From NCBI RefSeq assembly GCF_001194135.2, contig NC_069008.1, positions 12,576,412 to 12,640,411 of the forward strand: a stretch of DNA of 64,000 bases, in the 5' to 3' direction. Both the position numbers and the translations under genes were made by a program. The stretch's first letter is position 1, and each line of letters opens with the position of its first letter. Positions 25,144-38,672 of this stretch are shown in pieces. Below the pieces are notes generated by a model that was not told where the DNA came from, did not search any database, and was given only the letters and a program-made list of their open reading frames with translations. The stretch comes from Octopus bimaculoides (taxonomy: Eukaryota).

Positions 25144-27019
25144 TAAAATAATACAGATATTCTAGTAAAAGTAATCGGACATGAGTAATGTAAAATCTTT
25201 TGATGTTGCTTGTTACATATTAATTCTATTCTCCACTGCTTTGTCTAAAATCAATGATGAAACAGATTTAGACATAACTATTCGGGTGTGAAAACTAAGT
25301 ATTTTAAAATAGAACTGTCATCAAAATACCTCTCAGATGATGTACATTACGACTTTATCAGGAATGTGTTGAAAGCAAATAAATAAGGTTGGTGATAATT
25401 CACGCAAAATCGAGAATTGTGAATTATCAGACATCAAATTCCCACATAATTGTAAATCTACTTTTTTCGGAAACCTGGTTGTAGGAAATTTTATTTAAAA
25501 ATACTCAGTTTTCAGAAAGTTGTGAGGGAAACAAATCGAAACTCTTCTACAGTCTTCCGAAAAGCTTTTTTCACAATAGATTCTGATATTATAACACCAA
25601 TCTGCACCATCTAATATATCTCTGGAAAATTTCCGTATTCAGAAAATTATGAACACGCACATATGGTGGGGCACACATCTGTAAGTATGCCTATTGTTAA
25701 TCAATAAGAAGATAAATCAACAAGCTTATTCTTCACCATTCTCTTAACTACGATCTGTGATTTTATAGAACTATAATGTCAAGTTAGTTACTGCCAATGG
25801 ACGTGTAATAAAAGATAGATAAACACATTCAATATTTATCTATTTGGATTTTCTTAATAAAGACAAGATATGACCTTAATCCCAGTCCTCTCATCACACG
25901 AAGCTCTTTGACACACCATGCACCGATCATTTGTGAATTATAGTTATTAAATTTGAAAATATCTTTGAGTAAAAGTAAGTCAAGACTATCAGTAGAATAA
26001 GCTTGTTATTTGATAGGTTTCGGCCCGTACTATGATGGAAAATAGAATTACTATTGATGTTACTCTAGCACCATGAAATTTGGGGAATTATCAATGTTCG
26101 CCATAACTTTTACGTTTCTTTTACTTATTTCATCAGATTATGGTCATGCTGGGGCATCGTCATGAAGGGTTTTAGTCAAACCAATCAGCCCCAATACTTA
26201 TTTATTTCGAAATATGGTACTTAATCTCTCATTGTCTTTTCCTGAGCCGCTAATGTTACTGTGACGTAAACAATCCACCTTCGCATTATTTCTACCTCAA
26301 ATTGTGAGAGGTGACGACAAACACAAATGCACACACACATACACATTATATCACAAACTATGTTTTGTTTCATCATATAAAAGGGGGTTAATACGATTTT
26401 CCCCAGAAATCACGTTTTCAAAATTTTTAGTTTCCTCACCTAAATTTCTAATTTGTAATTTGAAAAATACAGATTACGAATCTGGAATATATATATTTAA
26501 TTTTTCTGAAAGAAACACTCAATGCCCCTTCCTTCACCTCGCTCACCCATCGCCCACGCCCACAAATTACAGAATAGAAAAATGTAATTTCAATTGGATT
26601 TGAGCTGTAATTTTGCGTGTGCACATAGCAAGAAATAACAATTCATACAGAGGTTTTACCTAGAGTGTGTGTGTGTGCCAAAGGGAGTTATTTTATGGTA
26701 TTCTTTTGTTTGAAGCTGGAAAGTTTTTAATTTCTTTACGCTTTGAAGAAAGGAGAAAGTGAAAAGGTGACATTTGCTTTGAAGGGAGAGCAGAAAGTGA
26801 AAGATGTATGTACATGTATATGAAATGTATGTGTATGAGAGAGAGAGAGAGAGTGAAGGTGTGTGTTGTTGTGTATGTATTTTTTGCATGTATGTGCGTC
26901 ACTCACTCACTTTCTATCTCTCTCTCTCACATATACACACATTATCTTTCAAATACACATACATAAATACATATGCAGACATCTTTTTTGATGTGTGTGT
27001 GCATGTGAAAGGAGGAAAC

Positions 27020-27290
27020 TAAAACAGCAAGAGGGATGGAAAGTGAAGAACACTATGTTATTGTGAAAGAGCCTGGTGAGGAGTATTTAGATCACGTTTC
27101 CCCAGATAATGGAACAGCTTGTTGCATCACAGAAGAAATTATTACTTTTTTAATTGATTATTATGTGATGGCACTCCATTAAGCACCTGTAATTTAGGAG
27201 GAGTAATTAAGATAATTGAATTATACTTAAATAAACCACTTTAGTGGCTGATATGCTTGCTACATACAAATGAGCTTCCCCAGATAATGG
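27020..27290 (+). mobile_element. hAT-like transposase fragment (second copy)
   Basis: High similarity to about 8828-9090 (VIVKEPGEEYLDHVSPDNG). Confidence 0.55.
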
Positions 27291-27419
27291 AACAGCTCTC
27301 CAAGTAACCTTGTACCTCCTCTACAGCAATACATCTGTTTTTGTCTCTGTCTCTTTATTACCTTTCATCATCTGACACAAGATCACCCTGTCCAATGTTC
27401 TCTCTCCTCAAAGGATCGA

Positions 27420-27712
27420 GATCGTTGCCAGTGCCCCTGGACTGGCTCTTGTGCGGGTGGCACATAAAATACACCATTTTGAGCGTGGCCGTTGCCAGTA
27501 CCGCCTGACTGGCCTTCATGCGGGTGACACGTAAAAGCACCCACTACACTCTCTGAGTGGTTGGCGTTAGGAAGGGCATCCAGCTGTAGAAACTCTGCCA
27601 AATCAGATTGGAGCCTGGTGTTGCCATCCGGTTTCACCAGTCCTCAGTCAAATCATCCAACCCATGCTAGCCTGGAAAGCGGACGTTAAACGATGATGAT
27701 GATGATGATGAT
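27420..27712 (+). mobile_element. RTE 3'UTR / RTE-tailed short element
   Basis: GGCGTTAGGAAGGGCATCCAGC motif and (GAT)n tail. Confidence 0.75.
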
Positions 27713-29366
27713 GAAGTTACTTGGTGACCATGCTAGTGCTGATGTCATGTTAGAAGCATCCAGTCCACACTGTAAAACTGTGAAAACTTTACCAAAACTG
27801 ACCTCGTTATGCTTGTGTCACGTAAAGAGCACTCAGTTCATTCTGCGAGGTGGTTGATATTAGGAAGGGCATCCAGCCATAAAAACCATGCCAAAACAGA
27901 CACAGAAGTCTGGTGCAGGCTCCTGCTTGACCACCTCCTCTCAAACTGTCCAACCCATGCCAGCATGGTGATGCTCATATATGTATGTATATATATGTAT
28001 ATATATATATATCACATGCTCAGACTATCAGATGTTGTTTACACATCACTGGTCACAATGTGTTTTGCATTGTTTTAGCGATCAACTGACTCCACCCTGC
28101 TCCCTAGGCCGAGCAGGCCAACATTTCCCCCTGTTCAAAAGTGGGACTGGAACAATGTGAAATGAAGTGTTTTGCTCAAGAACACAACACACCGCCCAAT
28201 CAGGGAATTAAACCCATGATCTAGCAATTATGAGTGCAACAGCCTGACCACTAGGTCACTTATATATGTGTGTGTGTGTATATATACATATATATATATA
28301 TATGTGTGTGTATATATACATATATATATNNNNNNNNNNTGCATCAAACTGTTTATACACCTGTCTTTGTCATTTGTTTTTCTGTAAATTTCAACTATAT
28401 ATATATATACATACACATACACACACACACACATATATATAGGCAGTATTTTGGTTGTAATCTTTCTTCGTTTATAAATGCCCATTTTTTAAACAATTAA
28501 ATTTCATTTTATTTGCTTTACTTCATGTTTTCTATTATTGATGTTTCATTCATGTTGCATGACTTGCCAGCATTCTTCCCACATTCATGTCATATTCTCA
28601 CACTATGTGTGAGTGTGTGTGTAAATACAGATATATACAACAGGTTTCCATTATATATATATATATATTATCATTCACAAGACTTGTGTTGACCTGGGAC
28701 TATAGTGGAAGACATGTCCAAGATGCCACTCAGTGGAATTGAACTTGAGACTACATAGGTCTTCACAACTCACCCAATCCTATTCTATACATATATTCAT
28801 TTATCTACACTATTATATTATACATCTTCAAAAGAGGTAGAGTACAGTTCAGTTATTCAGGTAAATGTTTATTCCTACAGCTTAACTCTAAAAATATACT
28901 AGAATTTATCCAGTTGTATTTTAAGTATTCCCTTTATCTTATACTGTTGTTTCTCTGGTATTTCAGGCATTGGCACCAAAGAATTCTATACATCGTCAAT
29001 GTCTATCATCTTTTGGAGACCGAAAGAAAATGTCAGACAGGAAAGCCATAACTCTCCTTATGTAAGTCTATGGCAACTTACAGGCAAATATATTTTGTAA
29101 ACTGAGATTGATAGCAATAATTCTTTTGTTGACTGTCTGGAATATGAACAAGATGACTTTGCATTTGAGTTAAAAAAGGACTTAACAACTTGTTCAAGAT
29201 ATTGACAAAAATCATAGTAATAGAAATATTTAATAGCAATAAAATATAAAAATGTAAAGAAGATAAATATCTCTATATTGTTATGAGAAAAGATAAACAA
29301 TGGAAGTTGAATGTTGTGTGAATAAGTTTAAATATAAAACACAAAAGAATTGATTTGCCTAGTGAC

Positions 29367-30563
29367 ATGAGTAAAGAGCAAGGGAAAACATCACACCACT
29401 GTGATGCTTGTGGGAAATCATTTTCTAACAGTCGTACATTAATAACACACAGATACACTCATACAGGAGAGAAACCATATAATTGTGATATCTGTGGCAA
29501 ATCATTCTCTCATAATCATAACTTAACTAGACACAAGCGTATTCATACAGGAGAGAAACCATATTGCTGTGATATCTGCGGTAAATCGTTTTCTGAAAAT
29601 CATCACTTAACTGAACACAAACGAAGTCATACAGGAGAGAAGCCATATCATTGTGATGTTTGTGGAAAATCATTCTCTGTAAGTCGTAAATTAACAACAC
29701 ACATACGTATTCATACGGGGGAGAAGCCATATCACTGTGATATCTGTGGTAGGTCATTCTCTCAAAATGGTGAATTAACTTCACACAAACATAGTCACAC
29801 TGGAGAGAAACCATATCACTGTGATGTTTGTGGTAAATCATTCTCTGAAAGTTGTAAGTTAACTAAACACAAACGTATTCACACAGGAGAGAAACCATAT
29901 CACTGTGATATCTGTGGTAAATCATTCACTGAATCTCATCACTTAACTGGACACAAGCATATTCATACAGGAGAGAAACCATATTGTTGTGATATTTGTG
30001 GTAAATCATTCTCTGGAAGTAGTAACTTAACTAGTCACAAACATGTTCATACAGGAGAGAAACCATATCAATGTGATATCTGTGGAAAATCATTCTCTCA
30101 GAGTGGAACCTTAACTAATCACAAACGTATTCACACAGGAGAGACTCCATATCATTGTGATATCTGTAGCAACTCATTCTCTAAGAGTCGTGAATTAACT
30201 ATTCACATGCGCGTTCACACAGGAGAGAATCCATATCACTGTGATATCTGTGGTAAATCATTTTCCAGAAATCAACACTTGACTGAACACAAACGTATTC
30301 ATTCTGGAGAGAAACCATATTGCTGTAATATCTGTGGCAAATCATTCTTTCGAAGTGGTGATTTAACTATTCATATCCGTATTCACACTGGAGAGAAGCC
30401 ATATCATTGTGATATTTGTGGTAAATCGTTCTCTCAAGGTCATCACCTAACTGAACACAAACGAAGTCATACAGGAGAGAAACCATATCACTGTGGTACC
30501 TGTGGTAAATCATTCTCTGAAAGTGGTAAGTTAACTAGACACAAACGTATTCACACAGGATAA
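29367..30563 (+). CDS. ZNF-4: C2H2 zinc-finger protein, 14 fingers
   Basis: ATG at 29367; in-frame TGA at 29319; 14 canonical fingers. Confidence 0.93.
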   Translation: MSKEQGKTSHHCDACGKSFSNSRTLITHRYTHTGEKPYNCDICGKSFSHNHNLTRHKRIHTGEKPYCCDICGKSFSENHHLTEHKRSHTGEKPYHCDVCGKSFSVSRKLTTHIRIHTGEKPYHCDICGRSFSQNGELTSHKHSHTGEKPYHCDVCGKSFSESCKLTKHKRIHTGEKPYHCDICGKSFTESHHLTGHKHIHTGEKPYCCDICGKSFSGSSNLTSHKHVHTGEKPYQCDICGKSFSQSGTLTNHKRIHTGETPYHCDICSNSFSKSRELTIHMRVHTGENPYHCDICGKSFSRNQHLTEHKRIHSGEKPYCCNICGKSFFRSGDLTIHIRIHTGEKPYHCDICGKSFSQGHHLTEHKRSHTGEKPYHCGTCGKSFSESGKLTRHKRIHTG

Positions 30564-31299
30564 TAGCTATATCACTGTGATATCTGTGGTAAATCATTCT
30601 CGTTCATACAGCAGAGAGTCCATATATTTTTAGCAAATCATTCCCTCAAAGGATTCACTTAACAAAATATGTACTACAGTAGGTGTATCAGTGTGAACAT
30701 TTTGGTTCTCAATAAATGAAGAATTTCTCTTGTATGGTATTTGATTGTACTTTCTTTGCTTATATTATTATAAAGATGAACTGAACTACTGCTTCCTCTA
30801 CATATGGTTATATGTATATTGAGAGAATATAGATACATACACTGTGAATTTTGACGAAAAAAATCAATTTGTTGTTGTCATTAAAATGTTTGAACATCTT
30901 AAGATATTTTTATAATCAATCAAAATAGATTCTTCATTAGATGTTTGATATGCTACATGTGTCATTCTTGATGTAAACATATGGACACATACACCTTTGG
31001 GTACAAGCATTTATATATATATGGGTCTTTGTCCATATGTTCATGTGTGTGATTGTGCATGTGTAGTTATCCACCTCCTTCACATATTCTCTCTCTCTTT
31101 CTCTCCCCTGCAGACACTCATTCTATTTCTTTCCATTTGTGTAGTGGTGAGTTTGCATGAATGTACATGTATGAAACAATGTGTTTGTGTATTTATGTAC
31201 AAGACATACACACTCATAAAATTTTATTCATCCGCATGAAATGCCTAAGAATCTAGGAGAATACCTCTACATTTTAGCTTGTGACGAGAGGGTATATCA

Positions 31300-32141
31300 A
31301 CATCATCGTTTAACGTCTGCTTTCCATGCTAGCATGGGTTGGACAGTTTGACTGAGGACTGGCAAGCCAGATGGCTGCACCAGACTCCAATCTGATCTGG
31401 CAGAGTTTCTACAGCTGGATGCCCTTCCTTATACCAATCACTCTGAGAGTGTAGTGGGTGCTTTTACGTGCCACCAGCACGAGGGCCAGTCAGGCGGTAC
31501 TGGCAACGGTGATATTACGTGCCACCTGCACAGGAGCCAGTCCAGTGGCACTGGCAATGACCTCGCTCGAATGTTGTTTTTCACGTGCTACCAGCACAAA
31601 TGCCAGTAAGGTGACGCTAGTAATGATCACACTTGGATGGTGCTTTTTACGTGCCACCGGCACGGGAGCCAGTCAGCGGCCCTGGCAACGATCACTCTCG
31701 GATGGTGCTCTTAGCGCTCCACTAGCACGGATACCAGTCATGTGGTGCTGTCATTGAATTTGATTTTGGGATCATCATCATCATCGTTTAATGTCTGCTT
31801 TCCATGCTAGCATGGGTTGGACGATTTGACTGAGGACTGGTGAACCAGATGGCTACACCAGGCTCCAATCTAATTTGGCAGAGTCTCTACAGTTGGATGC
31901 CCTTCCTAATGCCAACCACTCTGAGAGTGTAGTGGATGCTTTTATGTGTCACCAGCACGAGGGCCAGTCACACGGTACTGGCAACGGCCATGCTCAAAAA
32001 GGTGTTTTTTACATGCCACCTGCACGGCAGCAAGTCCAGCGGCACTGGCAACGACCTCGCTCGAATGATTTTCTAGCGTGCCACCAACACAAGTGCTAGA
32101 AGGCAATGCTGGTAACGATTACGCTCTAATGGTGCTCTTTA
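31300..32141 (-). mobile_element. Two tandem RTE-tailed elements with internal GTGCCACC-type subrepeats
   Basis: (CAT)n tails at about 31300 and 31775, followed by repeated gtgccaccagcac units; runs into an N gap. Confidence 0.7.
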
Positions 32142-32502
32142 NNNNNNNNNNNNNNNNNNNNNNNNNNNNNNNNNNNNNNNNNNNNNNNNNNNNNNNNNNN
32201 NNNNNNNNNNNNNNNNNNNNNNNNNNNNNNNNNNNNNNNNNNNNNNNNNNNNNNNNNNNNNNNNNNNNNNNNNNNNNNNNNNNNNNNNNNNNNNNNNNNN
32301 NNNNNNNNNNNNNNNNNNNNNNNNNNNNNNNNNNNNNNNNNNNNNNNNNNNNNNNNNNNNNNNNNNNNNNNNNNNNNNNNNNNNNNNNNNNNNNNNNNNN
32401 NNNNNNNNNNNNNNNNNNNNNNNNNNNNNNNNNNNNNNNNNNNNNNNNNNNNNNNNNNNNNNNNNNNNNNNNNNNNNNNNNNNNNNNNNNNNNNNNNNNN
32501 NN

Positions 32503-32533
<31 letters not shown>

Positions 32534-32547
32534 TATATATTTATTTA

Positions 32548-34130
32548 TTTAAGCAACCAAATTTCCCTTAACAAAATGATTCTGCATGCATGCGTGTGTG
32601 TGTGTGTGTGTGAATAAGGGGTCACAAAGCAGCCTTCACATAATAACCAAATCTCCTTCAAATCTTTATCGTAAGCCTAATGATTGAAATAAATTTCAAT
32701 ATCTTAATTTTCTCATTAAGATGTTGCTGCTTTCATGACCCAGTAGGTAAGGGTGATCAGAAGTGGAAGCTTCAAATTTCTGCCAGGAATTACAAGGGAC
32801 CTTATTAAATATTTTTTTAAGCAACCAGTTTTCCCTCAACAAAAAGATTGTGTGTGTCTATGTGTGAAGAAGAGGCTACAAAGCAGCCTTGATATAGTAA
32901 CCAAATCTCCCTCAAAATTTTTATAGTAAACCCAATAATTGAAATAAATTTAAATATTGTAATTATCTCTTTAAAGTTGTTACTTCTTTGATTGTCCAGT
33001 AGGTAAGTGTGCTTAGAAGTAGTAACTGAACACACCAGTAGAGTTTCAGGTCTCTGCCAGGAATTACATGGGGTCTCATTAAATATTTTCATTTAAGCAA
33101 CCAAATTACCCTGAACAAAAAGATTGTGTGTGAAGAAGTGGCCACAAGGCAGCCTTCACATAGTAACCAGATCTCCCTCATATATTTATAGTAAATACAA
33201 TATTTGAAGTAAATTTAAGTNNNNNNNNNNNNNNNNNNNNNNNNNNNNNNNNNNNNNNNNNNNNNNNNNNNNNNNNNNNNNNNNNNNNNNNNNNNNNNNN
33301 NNNNNNNNNNNNNNNNNNNNNNNNNNNNNNNNNNNNNNNNNNNNNNNNNNNNNNNNNNNNNNNNNNNNNNNNNNNNNNNNNNNNNNNNNNNNNNNNNNNN
33401 NNNNNNNNNNNNNNNNNNNNNNNNNNNNNNNNNNNNNNNNNNNNNNNNNNNNNNNNNNNNNNNNNNNNNNNNNNNNNNNNNNNNNNNNNNNNNNNNNNNN
33501 NNNNNNNNNNNNNNNNNNNNNNNNNNNNNNNNNNNNNNNNNNNNNNNNNNNNNNNNNNNNNNNNNNNNNNNNNNNNNNNNNNNNNNNNNNNNNNNNNNNN
33601 NNNNNNNNNNNNNNNNNNNNNNNNNNNNNNNNNNNNNNNNNNNNNNNNNNNNNNNNNNNNNNNNNNNNNNNNNNNNNNNNNNNNNNNNNNNNNNNNNNNN
33701 NNNNNNNNNNNNNNNNNNNNNNNNNNNNNNNNNNNNNNNNNNNNNNNNNNNNNNNNNNNNNNNNNNNNNNNNNNNNNNNNNNNNNNNNNNNNNNNNNNNN
33801 NNNNNNNNNNNNNNNNNNNNNNNNNNNNNNNNNNNNNNNNNNNNNNNNNNNNNNNNNNNNNNNNNNNCGAGACCACCAAGACACCCAATATTAATGTAGT
33901 AAATTAAGAGATATTTAAATTGATCATAACTAAAGATAAAAAACAAAAACTATCTCATCACAGCTGTAGCTCAGTAATTAATCCCAAATTGGGGAGCTGT
34001 TTAGATGCCTTTGTAGGTAAGGACATTGATTAGTAAGTAGGGATTTAATGCACTGGGAGAGGGTTTCAATCTGTAACTCTCCCAAGGAATTACATGAGCA
34101 GTGGAGTGCGGGGAGTAAATATTTTATTTT
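32548..34130. repeat. Diverged tandem repeat of about 270 bp, interrupted by a gap
   Basis: ttaagcaacca...gcagcctt...aaccaaatctcc...taggtaag...ggaattaca recurs at about 32548, 32816 and 33092, with a more distant copy after the gap. Confidence 0.7.
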
Positions 34131-34429
34131 TAAAAATTTCAAATTTTTATAAACACCAAGGATAGTGCTCCTATATATATATATATATATAAAATATATA
34201 CATGATATATATATAATATATATATATATATAGTATATATATATATATTGTTTAAACTGCATGTCCCATATAAAACCATTTTATTTGTAAATTAAATTTG
34301 TACAAAAGTTATATCACAATATTTACATAATTATACAAATGCTTGCCAATAGTGTGCATGGAAAAGTACATTAAAGATGAAGCAATACTTTTAAACACAG
34401 ATCGTTGCAGAGACCAAGAATCTTCTTGC

Positions 34430-34650
34430 GTTCATCCATACCCTCTGAAACATTCTGTAATGTTTGTGCTGATTCTGGTGCACTTTTGCTTTCATAAACT
34501 GTATTTGCAAGACCCCTTTTGTCAGTTTTCTTGGGTGCTTGATCTTGATAGCCTTTCGTAATTGCCTCACCAGCTTGGCCTTGTACTCTCCATCGATGGT
34601 GTAGCCCTTTTGAAGACTGTCAATAAACAATGCCTTCTGTTTCACCTTCT
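34430..34650 (-). mobile_element. mariner transposase fragment
   Basis: ALFIDSLQKGYTIDGEYKAKLVRQLRKAIKIKHPRKLTKGV, the mariner segment before the second catalytic Asp. Confidence 0.75.
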
Positions 34651-34779
34651 CTGCAGTAAAAGACCCTGTTGCACACAATTGGTCAGCATTCTAAAAGTCT
34701 GTAAAATAAATTGTTTTATTAGAACATAACAAGAAATTATTGTCTTCTGATTCTTTCTGCACAAAGTTGATTTTCTTTA

Positions 34780-36459
34780 TTATGAGATTCTTGAATGAAA
34801 CTGATGTTTGTACCAATTGAATTTATTATGGGTGGCACATGAGATGCACCATTTTGAGCGTGGCCGTTGCCAGTACCGCCTGACTGGCTCCTGTAGGATT
34901 TTCGAGCGAGATCGTTGCCAGTGCCCCTGGACTGGCTTGTGCGGGTGGCACATAAAAGACACCATTTCGAGCGTGGCCGTTTTCGTGCGGGTGACACGTA
35001 AAAGCACCCACTACACTCTCTGAGTGGTTGGCGTTAGGAAGGGCATCCAGCTGTAGAAACTCTGCCAAATCAGACTGGAGCCTGGTGTTGCCATCCGGTT
35101 TCACCAGTCCTCAGTCAAATCGTCCAACCCATGCTAGCATGGAAAGCGGACGTTAAACGATGATGATGATGATGATGATGATTTACATGTATATTCTGAC
35201 AACCTTTGTATATTGATTTACAAGGTGTTTAATAACTTTCTGTACCGTGTCATATTACTGACTATTGTACTTTTTGCTAAAGCACTTTCACATGGTTTGG
35301 CATAGAATCCACCAATGTTGAACATATTTTTTCAGTTCTTCGTCATGGTATCAAGCCTTAATAACAGCATAGATTAGCTTCTGCATCATCGAATAGTCAT
35401 CTTTTCTGATTTTGCATTTTCTATGGGGTTGATATCAGGAGAATTTCTAAGCCAATCGAGGACGCTTATTTCACTTTCTGTGAAGAACATGTGCATTTTT
35501 CTGAAAGAATGGTATGGAGCGAGATTGCAGGAAAATAACATCTCCACTAGGAAAACCCTTTTGCATCACGGGAAGTGAGCCTGTAGGATCGCTTTTTATT
35601 TATCGCTTTCCATCAATCTGTAGCAAGGAAGTTATGTTCCCTCATTCTGTTGTCGGTAGTTGGTACTTTCATGGCACTGTACTCACAGCAGTCTTTGCAA
35701 CATAACATTTTCAACATTAATAAGCCGTCCTGGACCGTCAACAGTAGAAAAGCTCCCAAAATATTACCTTAGGTATGTGTTTGTCACTCTGTCTCACTAC
35801 CACTGACCTGTACCCATGCATTTCAAAACACAATTCATCTTAATATATCACCTTCTACCTTCCATTCAGCATAAATGCGTGTCCAATGCAGACGTTTTCT
35901 TTTCATAACAGCAGTCAATAAATGTCTACACACCGGCTTTCTGGCACATCTGCTAACTCCAAGGAACCTTCGTCAGACATTTGACGAGGAAACATTTACA
36001 CCTGCTGAAGCCAAATGTCCCTGAAGGTCGTTACTGGTTATCCTTGAATCCGTCATGCTATTTCTGATCAAAACCTTATCATCGTAAGGTGTTGTCTTGT
36101 GCTGTCTTCCACATCTTCTTCAGCGCAGTGTTGCTTGTATACCAGTGTCTTCATTCAGCTCTCTTCACAGTTGACTTTGCCACATTCATTTCTTCAGCAC
36201 TCTGTCTTATACTAAAACCAGCCTTTTTTCTAAGAGCTACAATCTTCGCATGTTTCATGAATTTCAGGACTAACAATGAACACACGCAGGAACACAGAAA
36301 GAACTCTAGTGTAGTACTGAAGGAAATGTTCAAGTGAATTCACAACTGATTAGATGCTTGGTGTTGCCGTAATGGCATCTAACAAGAAAAACTTCATTAG
36401 TTTAGTCAAAGATTACGACATGTAAAAGTCCTGTCCAGATTAATTTGCGCACTACTGTA
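34780..36459 (-). mobile_element. Degenerate Tc1-like transposon with a nested RTE-tail element at 34830-35182
   Basis: Terminus TA-CAGTAGTGCGCAAATT at 36459, HTH-like KIVALRKKAGFSIRQSAEEMNVAKSTV, and WLRNSPDINPIEN. The left end is uncertain. Confidence 0.7.
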
Positions 36460-36481
36460 TGTATGTATGTGTGTGTGTGTG

Positions 36482-36639
36482 TCATCATCATCATCATCAT
36501 CGTTTAACGTCCGCTTTCCATGCTAGCATGGGTTGGACGATTTGACTGAGGACTGGTGAAACCGGATGGCAACACCAGGCTCCAGTCTGATCTGGCAGAG
36601 TTTCTACAGCTGGATGCCCTTCCTAACGCCAACCACTCA
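36482..36639 (-). mobile_element. RTE-tailed element cut by a gap
   Basis: (CAT)n tail followed by the family consensus sequence. Confidence 0.7.
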
Positions 36640-36744
36640 NNNNNNNNNNNNNNNNNNNNNNNNNNNNNNNNNNNNNNNNNNNNNNNNNNNNNNNNNNNNN
36701 NNNNNNNNNNNNNNNNNNNNNNNNNNNATATATATATATATATT

Positions 36745-37030
36745 ACAGTTCTATATTTAAGAGATGAGGAATTATTTACATTATTTACATTATTTACATT
36801 TGACGGATATTTGTCCTCATCTTGTTTGTTGTCAACACGTTTCGGCTGATATACCCTCCTCAGGTGTCTTGGGGAAATTTCGAACCTGGGTTCTCATTCC
36901 TAACGATGTTACTATTATTATATTATTATTATTATTACTATTATTAATCAGGTTGCTGCCATGAATTGAACTCGGAACCTTGGGGTTAGTAGCCCGCGCT
37001 CTTAACCACTACGCCATATGCCCGTGGGCA
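36745..37030 (-). mobile_element. tRNA-derived SINE family B with Penelope-like 3' part
   Basis: Minus-strand head TGGCGTAGTGGTTAAG ... GAGTTCAATTC; 3' part has CTGAGGA..CCGAAACGT and an (AATGTAAAT)n tail; it abuts and truncates the mariner TIR. Confidence 0.65.
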
Positions 37031-38672
37031 TAAGTTCTGTCCGAATTTTGAATGAAAAAAACAAGTGATCAACTGTTATATTTAATTGAAGTTTAATCAT
37101 CAATGTGCTTTCCCTGATTATCTATGACTTCCTTCCATCTATTTACAAGCTTTTTAATCCCATCAATATAAAACTCTTTTGGCTTCAAAGCGAAGAACTC
37201 TGAAATGTCAGCTTCGACCTCCTCCTGGCTTGCGAAAGTTATGTCCCCCAAAATGATTCTGTAAACTACGAAACAAATGGTAGTCTGAAGGGGCAAAGTC
37301 AGGAGAATAAGGTGGATGAGGAATTTTTTCCAACCAAGCTCTTTGATCTTCTATGATGTGATCTTTGCAGTGTGGGGTCAATCATTGTCCTGATGAAACA
37401 TCACTCCTTTTCGGTTCACTAAAGTGGGTCTTTTCTTCTTCAAAGCTTGGTTCAAACGCTCTAGTTACTGACAGTAGACTTGAGCATTGATTGTTGCATT
37501 AGGTGGTAACAATTCAAAGTGAATTACTCCTTTGCAATCCCACCAGATAAAGAGAAGAACCTTTTTCTCATGAAGTTCCCTTCTTGGTTGTGGTTGAGCT
37601 TTTTCACTTTTACCAAGCCACTGTTTACAATGTTTAACATTTCGATAGAAGATCCATTTTTCGTCACCAGTCACAAGTCTATCCAAAAAAGGTGAAATGA
37701 GTTCGCGAGAATGGAGAGAAGAGCAGATGTCAACTCGGGATTTGTGGTTGCTTTTGGACAATTCATGAGGCACCCATTTTCCAAGTTTAGGAACCTTTCC
37801 AAGTTGTTGAAATGACGATGAACAGTTGTATNNNNNNNNNNNNNNNNNNNNNNNNNNNNNNNNNNNNNNNNNNNNNNNNNNNNNNNNNNNNNNNNNNNNN
37901 NNNNNNNNNNNNNNNNNNNNNNNNNNNNNNNNNNNNNNNNNNNNNNNNNNNNNNNNNNNNNNNNNNNNNNNNNNNNNNNNNNNNNNNNNNNNNNNNNNNN
38001 NNNNNNNNNNNNNNNNNNNNNNNNNNNNNNNNNNNNNNNNNNNNNNNNNNNNNNNNNNNNNNNNNNNNNNNNNNNNNNNNNNNNNNNNNNNNNNNNNNNN
38101 NNNNNNNNNNNNNNNNNNNNNNNNNNNNNNNNNNNNNNNNNNNNNNNNNNNNNNNNNNNNNNNNNNNNNNNNNNNNNNNNNNNNNNNNNNNNNNNNNNNN
38201 NNNNNNNNNNNNNNNNNNNNNNNNNNNNNNNNNNNNNNNNNNNNNNNNNNNNNNNNNNNNNNNNNNNNNNNNNNNNNNNNNNNNNNNNNNNNNNNNNNNN
38301 NNNNNNNNNNNNNNNNNNNNNNNNNNNNNNNNNNNNNNNNNNNNNNNNNNNNNNNNNNNNNNGTTGTTTCATTCAAACATTCTTTCCCATAAACTGAATG
38401 TATGTTTCCAGTCGCTTCGGCTGCAGAGTTTCCTTTTTTGACTCATAAAGCATTATGTGCCTTAAATGCTCTTTGGATACTTCCATGTTAGAAAGGGTTT
38501 TAATCAAAGACATTTTAATTTTATTATTCTGTAAAGTAATATTTAATTAGTTTAAATGTACACAAATGCATAAAAATAATTTTTAATTCTATTAGACATT
38601 CTAAAATACTATTAAATTTCATTCAATTTAAAAAAAAAGGTAAAATCGGACAGAACTTATGGGATGACCTGA
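37030..38672 (-). mobile_element. mariner transposon (SETMAR/Hsmar1-like), disrupted
   Basis: TIR cataagttctgtccg / cggacagaacttatgggatgacctga-TA; WVPHEL, LVTGDEKWIFY and FASQEEVEADISEFF...GIKKLVNRW motifs; frameshifted, with a 530-N gap. Confidence 0.85.

Noticed and set aside
32078-38441. Long ORFs of 179-303 aa
   Set aside because: They are mostly X from N gaps; the real residues in 37465-38376 belong to a broken mariner.
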